Notes under the pieces: generated by a model
Told to the model about the DNA's origin: nothing
Databases searched by the model: none
What the model saw: the letters and a program-made list of their open reading frames with translations, nothing else
Program-made: the position numbers and the translations under genes
Shown: one piece after another, positions 31,009-41,206 of the stretch
How positions within the stretch are numbered: position 1 is the first letter of the stretch
How the letters are laid out: each line of letters starts with the position of its first letter
Assembly (NCBI GenBank): GCA_963777605.1
Contig: CAVZRV010000027.1
Span: 288,001-352,000 of the forward strand
DNA from: an uncultured Acidobacteriota bacterium
GTDB lineage: Bacteria > Acidobacteriota > UBA6911 > RPQK01 > JAPXNP01
Direction of reading: 5' to 3'
Length of the DNA: 64,000 nucleotides

Positions 31009-32085
31009 ATGACAGCCAAGTCCGCCAACGCAAGTCATGGCCTGTTTCACGACCTGATCCAGAGGTTGGTCCTGCCGCTGATCCTCCTTGTCGGGGTCAC
31101 CACCAGCGGAACGGTCGGGTACTGGATTATCGGCAAAGGGCGCTGGGGCCTGCTGGACTCCTTTTACATGACCAGCATCACGCTGACTACCGTTGGCTAT
31201 GGAGAAGTCCTCGATGGAATGGGAGACGGCGCCCGCGTATTCACCATTATCCTGATGTGGACCGGGATGGGCGTCGCACTGTATTCGGTCTCCGCTGTAA
31301 CGGCCTTCGTCGTCGAACGCCGACTTGGAGAATACATTCGGGAGAGACGCATGAAAAGGGAACTGAGCCAGTTGCGCCAGCACACGATCGTCTGTGGCGC
31401 GGGCAAGACCGGAGAGAACATCGTTCGGGAATTCATAGCGGTGAAACGACCGTTCTGCGTTGTCGATATCGACTCTGCCCGGGCCGATGAACTCCGCAGT
31501 ATCTTCCCGGATATCCTCGCGGTCAAAGGAGACGCCACCGATGAGACCGTCCTGGAAAGGGCCGGCATCGAAAGGGCAACCGCGATCATCGCCAACCTCC
31601 CGGACGACAGCAAGAACCTCCTCGTCGCAGTCACCGCGCGCTACGTTCGCTCCGATATCCGAATCGTGGTCAGGGCCCAGGACCAGTCGATCGTGCCGAA
31701 GCTGAAACGGGCCGGGGCCGACTACGTAGTGAACCCGGGTCTGATCGGGGGGCTCCGCATGGCAAGCGAGGTGTTACGACCACACGTGGTAACCTTTCTC
31801 GACCGAATGCTGCGAGGCACGGACCCGACCATTCGCGTCGATGAGGTGGAGATTGGAGAGTCCTGTCCCCTGCAGGGACAGACACTGGAGGAAGCCAAGG
31901 TGCTGCACCGGACCGGTCTCAACCCGATCGCGCTGCGGCTTCCCGGCACTTCGGATTTTCAATACAACCTGCCCTCAGGCACCAGGCTTGAGGCCGGAAG
32001 CGTCCTGATCGTGATCGGAAATCCCGACCAACTGACCCAACTCAGGGCGCTTTGCGATTCCTCGAAGTCAGGTGGGGAGGTCTAG
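31009..32085 (+). CDS. Potassium channel with TrkA-N/TrkA-C (RCK) domains
   Basis: Filter TTVGYGE; IVCGAGKTG; GDATDE; C-terminal TrkA-C. Confidence 0.92.
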   Translation: MTAKSANASHGLFHDLIQRLVLPLILLVGVTTSGTVGYWIIGKGRWGLLDSFYMTSITLTTVGYGEVLDGMGDGARVFTIILMWTGMGVALYSVSAVTAFVVERRLGEYIRERRMKRELSQLRQHTIVCGAGKTGENIVREFIAVKRPFCVVDIDSARADELRSIFPDILAVKGDATDETVLERAGIERATAIIANLPDDSKNLLVAVTARYVRSDIRIVVRAQDQSIVPKLKRAGADYVVNPGLIGGLRMASEVLRPHVVTFLDRMLRGTDPTIRVDEVEIGESCPLQGQTLEEAKVLHRTGLNPIALRLPGTSDFQYNLPSGTRLEAGSVLIVIGNPDQLTQLRALCDSSKSGGEV

Positions 32086-32208
32086 ACAAACCCGGAAGGT
32101 CCGCCGGCGCCTTGCCGACGGGCAACCGGAGCCATGGAAAAGGGCTTCGGTTTGCTAACGGATTTCCGCTTCAGAGCGGTACCGGGCATGATTGATTGGA
32201 GGAGACTG

Positions 32209-35200
32209 ATGAAATCTCGAGTAGGACCACCAGATCACCAAAAAAATCCCGGATATCGGTTGCTCCTTCGTCGAGCAATGTTCCTCCTCGGGGCTATCGG
32301 GTTGCTGAGTTCGATGGTACTCGGCGAAAGCCGGCTGATCTTCCCGCGAGTCTCCTACGATGACACCGTCACCGGCCTCGCCGTTGTGAACCCCCTCGAT
32401 GAAGATGTCACCGTCACCCTGACTGCCTATCAGTCCGACGGAACGCTGCTGAGCGGAAAAGGTGTGACGAACCCGGTTACGGTAACTGTGGCTTCGGGAC
32501 GCCAGTACGCGCAGATCACCTCGACCCTGTTTGGCTACACGGGCCAGGCAGGTCGCTATGGCTGGTGCGATGCCCGAAGCGACTCGAGCGGGCTGACTGG
32601 TTTCTTTCTGGTTTTGAAGCCGGATCTCACCTCGCTGGACGGGGCCGACCTTCCTGCACTTGCGAACGAGGTCGTATTTCACGAGATTCGTCTCGGAACC
32701 GGGTATGAAACGGAGATCAACCTGGTCAACCCGACTGCTGCGAAAACCCCGACCACACTGCGACTGGTTGGCTGGTCGGATGGAGCAGCCACGGTGACCA
32801 CTGCAGAGAAGGCGGTCGAAATCCCGGCAAACGGAGTCCTGCGTCTAAATCCAAAGAGCCTTTTCCCGAATCTCAATCCCGGCAGCCATTACTACCTGGT
32901 GGCATCAGCCTCCCGGCAGGTGGCCGGGTTCGCCGTCATCTCGGGTGCCGGAGACCAGGTGGGCTCGAATGCCATCCCCTCCAACCAACTCCTTTCACAT
33001 CTCTACTTCCCCCAGATTGCCGTGCTGAATCCCATCCTCACCGAGTTGACCGTCACGAACCGAGGTGAAACCGCGGTCATCCTCACGATCACCGCCCACC
33101 AGCCGAACGGGAATATGTTTGGACCGGGAGTCGTTCAGCAGAACCCGGTCACGCGCTCTCTTCCCCCCGGTGCGATCCTCCAGGAAGACGTGGCCTCGAT
33201 GTTCGGCTTCTCGGGAACGGGCCTCATCGACGGCTGGCTGGAAGTGGAGTCAACCGCAGAGTCAATCAACGGGTCAGTCAGCTACTCGATACCCGCAAGC
33301 AATTCCTGGGCTGCGGTTGCGTCGGCGCCGGAAGGTAAGACGCGGGCAATCTTCTCGCACATCGCGACGACCTACGGTTATTTCACCGGGCTGGCACTCC
33401 TGAACCCGGGGGCACTGGCGGCCAACGTCCGGGTCGTCGCGGTCAGGGCGGATGGATCAAGGCTGGGGATCTACACCACCGCGCTGCAGCCGGGACAGCG
33501 AATCAGCAAACTGGTGACGGAGTTGATCCCGGACGCTGCGGACCAGGGAGGCGGTTTCGTCTGGATCTCGAGCGACGTCCCACTGTTCATGTCATCCCTG
33601 TTCGGACACTTTACGAATGGAGTGCTGGCCAACATTCCCCCGCAACCGGTCACGGTCGGCTTCGCGCCCGACACAGATATCCCCAGGTACCGGGTTCAAC
33701 CGCCGCTGGCAGTCCTGCAGCCTTCGTCCAAGTTCGCCTTCAAGCTGGATGGAGCTACCGGGCCCGTCCAGTGGCAGGTCAACGGCCAACCCGGCGGCAA
33801 CGCAAAGACTACCGGAACCATCTCAACGTCGGGCCTTTATCGGCGCCGGCCCAACTTTCCGTGGACCTGCCAGTAACGGTTTCGGGAGCGTTCTCAAATC
33901 AGAAATCGGCGGCTTCAGTAGATCTCCTTGCCCGGGAGCAGGTCTTGACCGGGAGGGGACTGATCCTGTCGGTCGCCTACTTGCAGGGCCTGTCCCGCCT
34001 TTACACGGCGGAGTTGTCGGGAACGGGTGGCCTCGGAGTTGCGCCGGCCGGATCAAACCCCGCCGCAAGTGAAACCGCCATCTTTGATGTCACGACATCT
34101 CACGGTCCAGAAGGTACTCTCCATTCCGGGCGAGGAAGTCTCCAAAATGATCCCGTTTGAGACGGGAGGCCAGGAATTCTTGCTGGTTACCGCCAAGACT
34201 TCGGGCAAAGTGATCAGCGTCGACCCGGTCCACAAGACCTCAAAAGACCTGGCAACCGGTCTGAGCTCTCCGACCGCCCTGGTGATCGATCCGCTTGACG
34301 GGAGATCTCCTGGTTGCGGAATCCAATCGGGTCAGCGTGATCCCGGCATCGACTCTCCAGAACCAGCTCGCCGGCACCGGTGCGCGGGGAGTAGCGCCTC
34401 AGGCCAGCTCATTCCCAAGCGGCACTCTCTACGAAGGGAACCCCACGGGATTGTCGGTAGACCAATGTTCGGGGGACCTCTTCATCTCGGACGGCGGTAC
34501 AGGAGAAGTCGTCCGCTTCAACCGCTCGACCCGGGTCTCGGACACGGTTGTCAGCGGGCTGAATCAACCGACACAACAGCTCGTTCTCTATCGCAAATCG
34601 GTGGGCTGTCCCCAGGCCACCCATATTCTGGTCGTCGAACGCGACGCCGACCGGGTCTCTCTCGTGCTGCCCGAATCAAAGACCAGCTTCACGTGGGCGG
34701 AGGCACCCGGTGTCACTGACGTCGCTTGGGGTGAGTCCGGCGTCTACCTGTCCAGCTACCTGGACTCGGAAGGGTCTGTCAGCCGTACCGAGGTGCCCGG
34801 AATCTACGGTGAGCTTCCGCTTCATCGTCACAAGGATCCCGTTTACGCCAGCCCCAGGATTGATTTACAGTATGACGCCTCGACATTCACGGTACCCGCG
34901 AACCGCACCATTAACGTAACCTTTGACGTGGCCCACGCACCCGAGTCCGAGTATGACTCTCCGCAGGTCTATTACCGACGCTACTTCGGCGAGACCTGCG
35001 ACAGCATCGAAACTGCCAATCCACTACCGGCAACCGTCGTAATTCCACCCGGATACGACCTGTCACAGTGCCAGAATGTCCCTTCCCGGACGTCGGACGA
35101 AGGAGGAGTTTTCGAGGCTCACTGGGAACCATTCCTGCTGGGCGACACCTGTCACCTGGAGTTCCAGGTCCGTTTCAACTCTTCGGTACCGGTGGGAACT

Positions 35201-35260
35201 CGATATTCCTTCTGTGGTGAATGGGGCTACTACTGGCAAGTGATACAGCCCGGGTACTGA
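32209..35260 (+). CDS. Large secreted protein with N-terminal tandem beta-sandwich modules, Ig-like and NHL-like parts; frameshifted near 33840, 34100 and 34300
   Basis: GGAGGAG RBS; signal/TM; repeated TGLA(V/L)xNP modules; PTALVIDP and PTGLSVD NHL-like motifs across ORFs 33771, 34027 and 34295. Confidence 0.65.
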
Positions 35261-35266
35261 CTCAGC

Positions 35267-36232
35267 TCAGAGATCGAGCCACTTCTTGTGGCGGAAGTAG
35301 AGCAGCAGTGAAATCACGATCGTGACTACCGCAACCCAAAAGAATGGATAACCGTAAATCCAGCCGAGTTCGGGCATGTACTGGAAGTTCATGCCGTAGA
35401 CCCCAACCAGGAAAGTGAGCGGCAGGAAGATCAGGCTGATGATCGTCAACCGGTTGATGATGTGGTTGGTCTGGTGACTGACAAATCCCACGTAGAGGTT
35501 GAGCGTGTCAGCAATGACATCCCGCTGGGTCGAAAGGTCGGCACTCAGGCGGCCGAGGAGATCGGCCTTGGCACCCAGGTACGGCTGGGTGGTTTCGGTA
35601 ACGAATAGGGACTTGCGGGTCGCGACCGAACTGATGATCTCGCGGTTGTCTACAATCGCGAAATGGAACAGGAGCATCTGCTTCATGGTCCGCGCCACCC
35701 GGACGAAGATCCGCTTGTTGACGTGCTCAAAAAGCTCGGTCTGGAGCCGATCGATGACCGACTCGAACGACTGGTAGGTCTTCTGGTGGTTGAGGCACAA
35801 CATGTCAATGATCTCAAAAAGCAGGAAGCCTGGTGACTGCGCAAACTTGAGGAAATCCTGACCGTAGCGCGACAGGACGAGGCGGATGATTGCTGAACTG
35901 GATGCAGCCGACGTCACCAGAAAACGGTGTCCGAGGATCAACTTGAGCGGTTCTGTTGTCAACAATCCGTCGGAGAAGCGAGTTTCAGAAAGGGAGAAAG
36001 TCAGGTAATCGGAGGTCAGGTAAATCAGCGTCTCTTCTTCCTGGTCAAATGTGCCAAGATCCAGGTGGGTGTCCGGAAGAAGTCGGTCCAACCACTCCTG
36101 GAGTTCCGCCCCGCGAGACGAATCTCCGCAGATCCAGTAGTAGACATCGGGACCCGGGTCGCTCGAAAGCGACTTCAGCTCGATCTCCCGTTCCGTCTTG
36201 GTCTTGAAGTTGAACTCGATTGCAGTGACCAT
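35267..36232 (-). CDS. corA: CorA-family Mg2+/Co2+ transporter
   Basis: FLPLTFLVGVYGMNFQYMPEL signature; two C-terminal TMs. Confidence 0.9.
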   Translation of the reverse strand: MVTAIEFNFKTKTEREIELKSLSSDPGPDVYYWICGDSSRGAELQEWLDRLLPDTHLDLGTFDQEEETLIYLTSDYLTFSLSETRFSDGLLTTEPLKLILGHRFLVTSAASSSAIIRLVLSRYGQDFLKFAQSPGFLLFEIIDMLCLNHQKTYQSFESVIDRLQTELFEHVNKRIFVRVARTMKQMLLFHFAIVDNREIISSVATRKSLFVTETTQPYLGAKADLLGRLSADLSTQRDVIADTLNLYVGFVSHQTNHIINRLTIISLIFLPLTFLVGVYGMNFQYMPELGWIYGYPFFWVAVVTIVISLLLYFRHKKWLDL

Positions 36233-36344
36233 TCCGAAATCCTGGCCCAGGTTGTCTTACGCAGCTATCTGCTTCCGCCACTCCCTTCGCGGGGGCCCGC
36301 TCAAACCGCGCAAGGAAGCCCCGGAGACGCGATCTCACAGCATC

Positions 36345-37568
36345 TTACCGGAACTTTTCCACAGTGTCGCCCCTTCCAGGGTAGGGTTGGAACCGCCGCT
36401 CGACTTCGTTGACACTCAGCCCGAAATCGTCCAGGCCGTGGTGGTGAACTCCATGCTTGTGCCGTGGATTTGACTCCAGGAAAGCGACAATCCTGTTCTC
36501 GAGAAAATCGGTCCATTCCAAGCCGAGCCTCCGGTAGACTTCACGCACAGCAGAGAGGGGGTCTGCAACCAGCTCAGAGTGGTGCACGTCGATAAACCGC
36601 TCAGGCCAGCGGCGGCGGGCCTCAAGGTTCCGCTCCATTTCCGCCGCCAGGAGATCGAGGTTGGCTCGGGCCATTCGCCCCACGTCAAGAGACTCCACGA
36701 CGGCCGAAAACACCGAGTAGAAGAGACTGTTCAGGCTGGAAACCACTTCGGCGGGATCCCGGTGCATCTGCACCAGGCAGGCATCCGGGATCGCGTGTAG
36801 GATAGCCGGTACCGACCCCGAGTGATTCGGTGCCTTGAGAAGAAGCCTGGCCGACGGCTCCTCCGACTGAAGAAAGCGCAATAGCGCCCCATACTCCAGG
36901 TAAGCCCGGAAGCGGTCCTGGGACGACAGCCAGTCCAGGTAACGGTAGACTGGGGCGACGACCCAAAGGCCGTGGCTGACGAAGGTGAAATTCAGGAGCC
37001 AGATGCACTCCTCCGGCAAATCCGCCCGCGAAACGTGCTTGCTGTCCAGATCGGGAGTCAGCCGGCGCCGCATCGCCAGCGCTTTCTCCAGAACACGCCG
37101 GCCGACTTCCGGCGACTCGCGTCGAATCGGGCGAAACAGTTGCCACATCGGGAGGGTCCGAAACCGGGGATCCATGGCCAGAAGCCGGTGCAGGAAGGTA
37201 GTCCCTGAGCGAGGTAGTCCAAGGATGATCACGGGACGATTGAGCGGCGTTTCGAAGCGTTCTGGAGACTGCTGCCGCGCCTCGACAAACAGGAGGCGAT
37301 TCTGCAGCAGCGTGACGACCATTCCCCGAATCCCCTTGCGTCCGATCGGGCTCAGCCGGGCGTCTGCCTCGAGTGAATCGAGAAAAACCTGTAAGCCTTC
37401 TGAAAACCACTTGTCGCCAAAATCAGTCAGCCCCGACCTGGATGCCGCTTCTTCAAACAGACGTCCCGCTTCGAAGCGAAAGCTCTTCCATCTTTCGACT
37501 CCAAGCCGGGTTCCAAAATGGTTAAAAGCCCTGTACGGCCAGGGAATCTGGGGGATGCTGGTCAACAT
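36345..37568 (-). CDS. PAPS-dependent sulfotransferase family protein
   Basis: 5'-PSB GLPRSGTTFLH; LLKAP; 3'-PB HRDPAEVVSS. Confidence 0.85.
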   Translation of the reverse strand: MLTSIPQIPWPYRAFNHFGTRLGVERWKSFRFEAGRLFEEAASRSGLTDFGDKWFSEGLQVFLDSLEADARLSPIGRKGIRGMVVTLLQNRLLFVEARQQSPERFETPLNRPVIILGLPRSGTTFLHRLLAMDPRFRTLPMWQLFRPIRRESPEVGRRVLEKALAMRRRLTPDLDSKHVSRADLPEECIWLLNFTFVSHGLWVVAPVYRYLDWLSSQDRFRAYLEYGALLRFLQSEEPSARLLLKAPNHSGSVPAILHAIPDACLVQMHRDPAEVVSSLNSLFYSVFSAVVESLDVGRMARANLDLLAAEMERNLEARRRWPERFIDVHHSELVADPLSAVREVYRRLGLEWTDFLENRIVAFLESNPRHKHGVHHHGLDDFGLSVNEVERRFQPYPGRGDTVEKFR

Positions 37569-37885
37569 GCCACGGAAACTCTGGACAGAGCTTAGCACGG
37601 CGGCTGAGGCCACCAAAAAAATCGTCTGGAACTTTCCTGGCTCAGATCTCGTCTAATGCAGTTGAGATCCCATTTGGATCTACTCCTCCCAACCCAACTG
37701 CAGCGTCGGCCTCCCCACCGGCGCTGCAGCTACCAATCCGAACCCGATTCCCCGGAAATTCGCATAAAGGGGGAAGATCCCGGCGTCGAATCGGTCACTC
37801 TCCTCTTCAGATCGCAACTCGGCCAAGATATGATGCTCGAGCGGCTGAAGCGGTTCCCGCCCGTTTCACCAGGAAGGAGTCCCTG

Positions 37886-40800
37886 ATGTTCCGCAAACCG
37901 GCGACCTGGATTGTCCTCATTCTAATTTCCACCTGCGGCCTCTTATTTGCCCTGCGATTTTTCTCACAGGCATTTCCGATCGTTTCGCTGGACCTGCGAA
38001 TGGACCGCACCGACGCGATTCAGAGGGCGTCGGAACTGGCCAAGGAACGCAGCATCGGGCCAGCCTCTTTTAAACAGGCCGCGTCTTTCGGGTCGGACAG
38101 CGCTGTTCAGACCTACGTAGAACTGGAGGCCGGAGGAGTTGATGCCTTTCGGAAGCTGATCGAGGGAGGGCTGTACTCCCCGTACCAATGGGAAGTGCGC
38201 CACTTCAAAGAGGGAGAGAAGCATGAGGCCAGTTTCTTCTTCACTCCCGAGGGTAAAAGCTACGGGTTCTCCGAATCTCTTCCAGAGGATGAACCCGGGG
38301 CAAGCCTGTCCACGGAGGAAGCCCGCAAGATTGCCGAGTCGTCCAGCGCCGCCTGGGGCGTTTCGCTCGACCAGTACAACCTGGTTGAGTGGCCGGCAGA
38401 CACCAAACCGGGAGGACGTACCGACCACACGTTCGTGTACCAGCGACCCGATCAGAAGCTGGGCGACGCGGAATACCGGCTCAGCCTGGTCGTCTCGGGC
38501 GATCGACTGACCGGCGTGCAGCACTTCATGAAGATACCCGAGGCCTTCAGCCGCAAGTACCAGGAGATGCGTTCTTCAAATGACACGATCGCTTTTGGTG
38601 CCACGGTGGCGATGGGAATCCTGTACATCATCGGTGGCTGTGTCATCGGACTCTTCTTCCTGCTCCGGCAACGTGCAGTGATCTGGCGCCCGGCCCTGAT
38701 GTGGGGCTGCATCATTGGTGGTCTCCAGTTCCTGGGCAGCGTCAACGAACTTCCTCTCCTTTGGATGGGCTACGACACAGCGCTCTCGGCCGGATCGTTT
38801 CTGGCCCGGCAACTGGTCATGGCAGCGGGAGGGGCCCTGGCCATGGGTGGCGTTCTGACCGTGACGTTCATGGCCGCCGAAGGCCTTACTCGCAAAGCAT
38901 TTCCCGAAGGCTTTCAATTCTGGCGGCTCTGGTCGCCGGGGGTCGCCAACTCGAAGCCGATTCTCGGCCGGACTCTGGCCGGATACCTTCTGGTTTCCGT
39001 CTTCTTCGCCTATGACGTCGCCCTGTACACCTTTTCAAACCGGGCCCTGGGCTGGTGGAGTCCCTCCGAAGCCCTTATCCATCCCGACACTCTCGCAACC
39101 TATTTTCCCTGGCTGAACTCGATCGCGACTTCACTTCAGGCGGGCTTCTGGGAGGAATGCCTGTTCCGGGCGGTTCCGCTGGCGGGTGCAGCCCTTCTCG
39201 GGAAGCGCTTTGGGAAGCGGGGACTCTGGATCGGGGGCGCCCTGATACTGGAAGCGGTGATCTTCGGCGCGGCCCACGCCAACTACCCGGCGCAACCAGC
39301 CTATGCCCGCCTGGTGGAACTGATCATTCCCGCTCTCGGTTTCGGTGGGATCTACCTCTTGTTCGGCCTTTTGCCGGGAATCATCCTTCACTTCACTTTT
39401 GACGTCGTCTGGTTCGCCCTGCCGATATTCGTCTCTACGTCCTCCGGTGTCTGGATCGACAAGGTGCTGGTTGTCGTCCTGACCTTGACTCCACTCTGGG
39501 TGGTTCTCTATTTCAGGACGCGCAGGGGACGCTGGGAGGAGCCTGGTCGCGACACCCATAACCAGGCCTGGGTCCCGGCCCCGCAAGCCGTTGAGGACGA
39601 AGAAGAGGTGCCTCTCGCGGAGTCTCGGCCGGCAACCCGGCTTCCCCGCTGGCTCATATACGGACTCGGGCTGGTTGGCCTGGTCTCCTGGGGAATGCTG
39701 TCCCGATTCGGTTCCGACGTTCCAACCATGAAGATCTTCCGAACCGAGGCCGTTCACATCGCCGACTCGACTCTGGAACAAAGAGGGATTCAGCTCGGGT
39801 CGGAGTGGACCAGGTTGAGTACGATTGACGTCCCGCTCAACGAGAACGATCTCTTTGTCTGGCAAGAGGGGGGGGCGGAAGCTTACCGGGAATTGATGGG
39901 GACCTACCTCGGGCCTCCTTACTGGAGGGTGCGCTATGTCCGATTCGAGGGTGATGTAGCCGATAGGGCGGAGGAGTACCAGGTCCACATCGACCCGTCC
40001 GGGAAGGTCTTCCGCGTACTTCACATCCTCCCGGAGGCCACAGAGGGCGCCCAACTGGATGAAGACCAGGCGAAAGAAATGGCCGACGAGACTCTGCAAG
40101 CCGAGTTCGGGATCAATCCGTCCAACGTGAAGCTCGTCGCCCGTGAGCCGACCCAGCAGCCGGACCGGCGTGACTGGTCTTTCACCTACTCCGACAGTGC
40201 CCACTATCCGCTCCAAAAGGGAGAAGCACGTATCTACATCCAGATTTCGGGCGACCAGGTCACCGATGCCTATCGTTTTGTGTTTGTTCCCGATGAATGG
40301 CTTCGGCAGGAACGGGCGGATCGCAGCACGCTGGACCTGATCCAAATGGTCTCCGGAGCGCTCATCGCAATCCTGGTCTTCGCGGGTGCGATTCTCGCAC
40401 TCGTGAACTGGACCCGGCATCGGTTCGTTCCCCGGTCGTTTCTGATCATCTTCGGAGCGCTCGTTCTCTTCTCGTGGCTCAGTCGCGCGAACGCGGTGCC
40501 CACGTTCCTGGCCGGATTCAGCACCGCCCAACCATTCAGCCTCCAACTGACCGTTCTTGTGCTGGCACTCATCCTCGGCTCCCTGTTCGTGGCTGCGGGG
40601 ACTGCCCTGGTGTACGGGCTGGTCAAATACTGGAAGGCCGTCGAAGGTCCGTCGGCGCGGGAGATCGGGGTAGGAATCGCGGCGGGACTCTTTGTGGCGG
40701 GCTTCGCTGCGGTTGCTTCCGCGACAGTCCCTCAACTGGCGCCCAAGTGGGGAGATCCGAGCCCCGCAGCCGATTTCTTCCCGTTCCTCGGCGTGCTCCT

Positions 40801-41206
40801 GCAGGCGGTCTCGGGACTGGTATCCCAGGTGGTGATCGCCCTGTTTCTCGTCACAGCCCTGAATCGCATTTCCTCGTTCGGTCGCCGGCGACTTCCGATG
40901 GCCGCCTCGGCTCTCGTCCTTTTCGGATTCAGCATTGCCGGAAGCCGAGGAATCGAAGGCCTGGGCTCATGGATCGTCTCGGCGGTGATCCTCACGGTGA
41001 TCTTCGCACTGGTCTATTGGTTCGTCTTTCGGACGAACTCTTCCGCTGTGATCCCGGCAGTTCTCGTCCTGAACCTGGCCGGACTCGGAAAGGCGATTCT
41101 GCAGGATCCGTTCACCGGCATTATCCCGGCTGGAATTGCCGCGGCGGCTCTGATCATTCTGGTCGGCTTCTTCTGGTGGTCCCGCATCGGTAAGGTGAGC
41201 AATTGA
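37886..41206 (+). CDS. Large CPBP (CAAX/Abi) intramembrane glutamic protease with internal duplication
   Basis: WEECLFR, IFGAAH, ILHFTFD motifs; many TMs; two homologous soluble domains. Confidence 0.85.
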   Translation: MFRKPATWIVLILISTCGLLFALRFFSQAFPIVSLDLRMDRTDAIQRASELAKERSIGPASFKQAASFGSDSAVQTYVELEAGGVDAFRKLIEGGLYSPYQWEVRHFKEGEKHEASFFFTPEGKSYGFSESLPEDEPGASLSTEEARKIAESSSAAWGVSLDQYNLVEWPADTKPGGRTDHTFVYQRPDQKLGDAEYRLSLVVSGDRLTGVQHFMKIPEAFSRKYQEMRSSNDTIAFGATVAMGILYIIGGCVIGLFFLLRQRAVIWRPALMWGCIIGGLQFLGSVNELPLLWMGYDTALSAGSFLARQLVMAAGGALAMGGVLTVTFMAAEGLTRKAFPEGFQFWRLWSPGVANSKPILGRTLAGYLLVSVFFAYDVALYTFSNRALGWWSPSEALIHPDTLATYFPWLNSIATSLQAGFWEECLFRAVPLAGAALLGKRFGKRGLWIGGALILEAVIFGAAHANYPAQPAYARLVELIIPALGFGGIYLLFGLLPGIILHFTFDVVWFALPIFVSTSSGVWIDKVLVVVLTLTPLWVVLYFRTRRGRWEEPGRDTHNQAWVPAPQAVEDEEEVPLAESRPATRLPRWLIYGLGLVGLVSWGMLSRFGSDVPTMKIFRTEAVHIADSTLEQRGIQLGSEWTRLSTIDVPLNENDLFVWQEGGAEAYRELMGTYLGPPYWRVRYVRFEGDVADRAEEYQVHIDPSGKVFRVLHILPEATEGAQLDEDQAKEMADETLQAEFGINPSNVKLVAREPTQQPDRRDWSFTYSDSAHYPLQKGEARIYIQISGDQVTDAYRFVFVPDEWLRQERADRSTLDLIQMVSGALIAILVFAGAILALVNWTRHRFVPRSFLIIFGALVLFSWLSRANAVPTFLAGFSTAQPFSLQLTVLVLALILGSLFVAAGTALVYGLVKYWKAVEGPSAREIGVGIAAGLFVAGFAAVASATVPQLAPKWGDPSPAADFFPFLGVLLQAVSGLVSQVVIALFLVTALNRISSFGRRRLPMAASALVLFGFSIAGSRGIEGLGSWIVSAVILTVIFALVYWFVFRTNSSAVIPAVLVLNLAGLGKAILQDPFTGIIPAGIAAAALIILVGFFWWSRIGKVSN

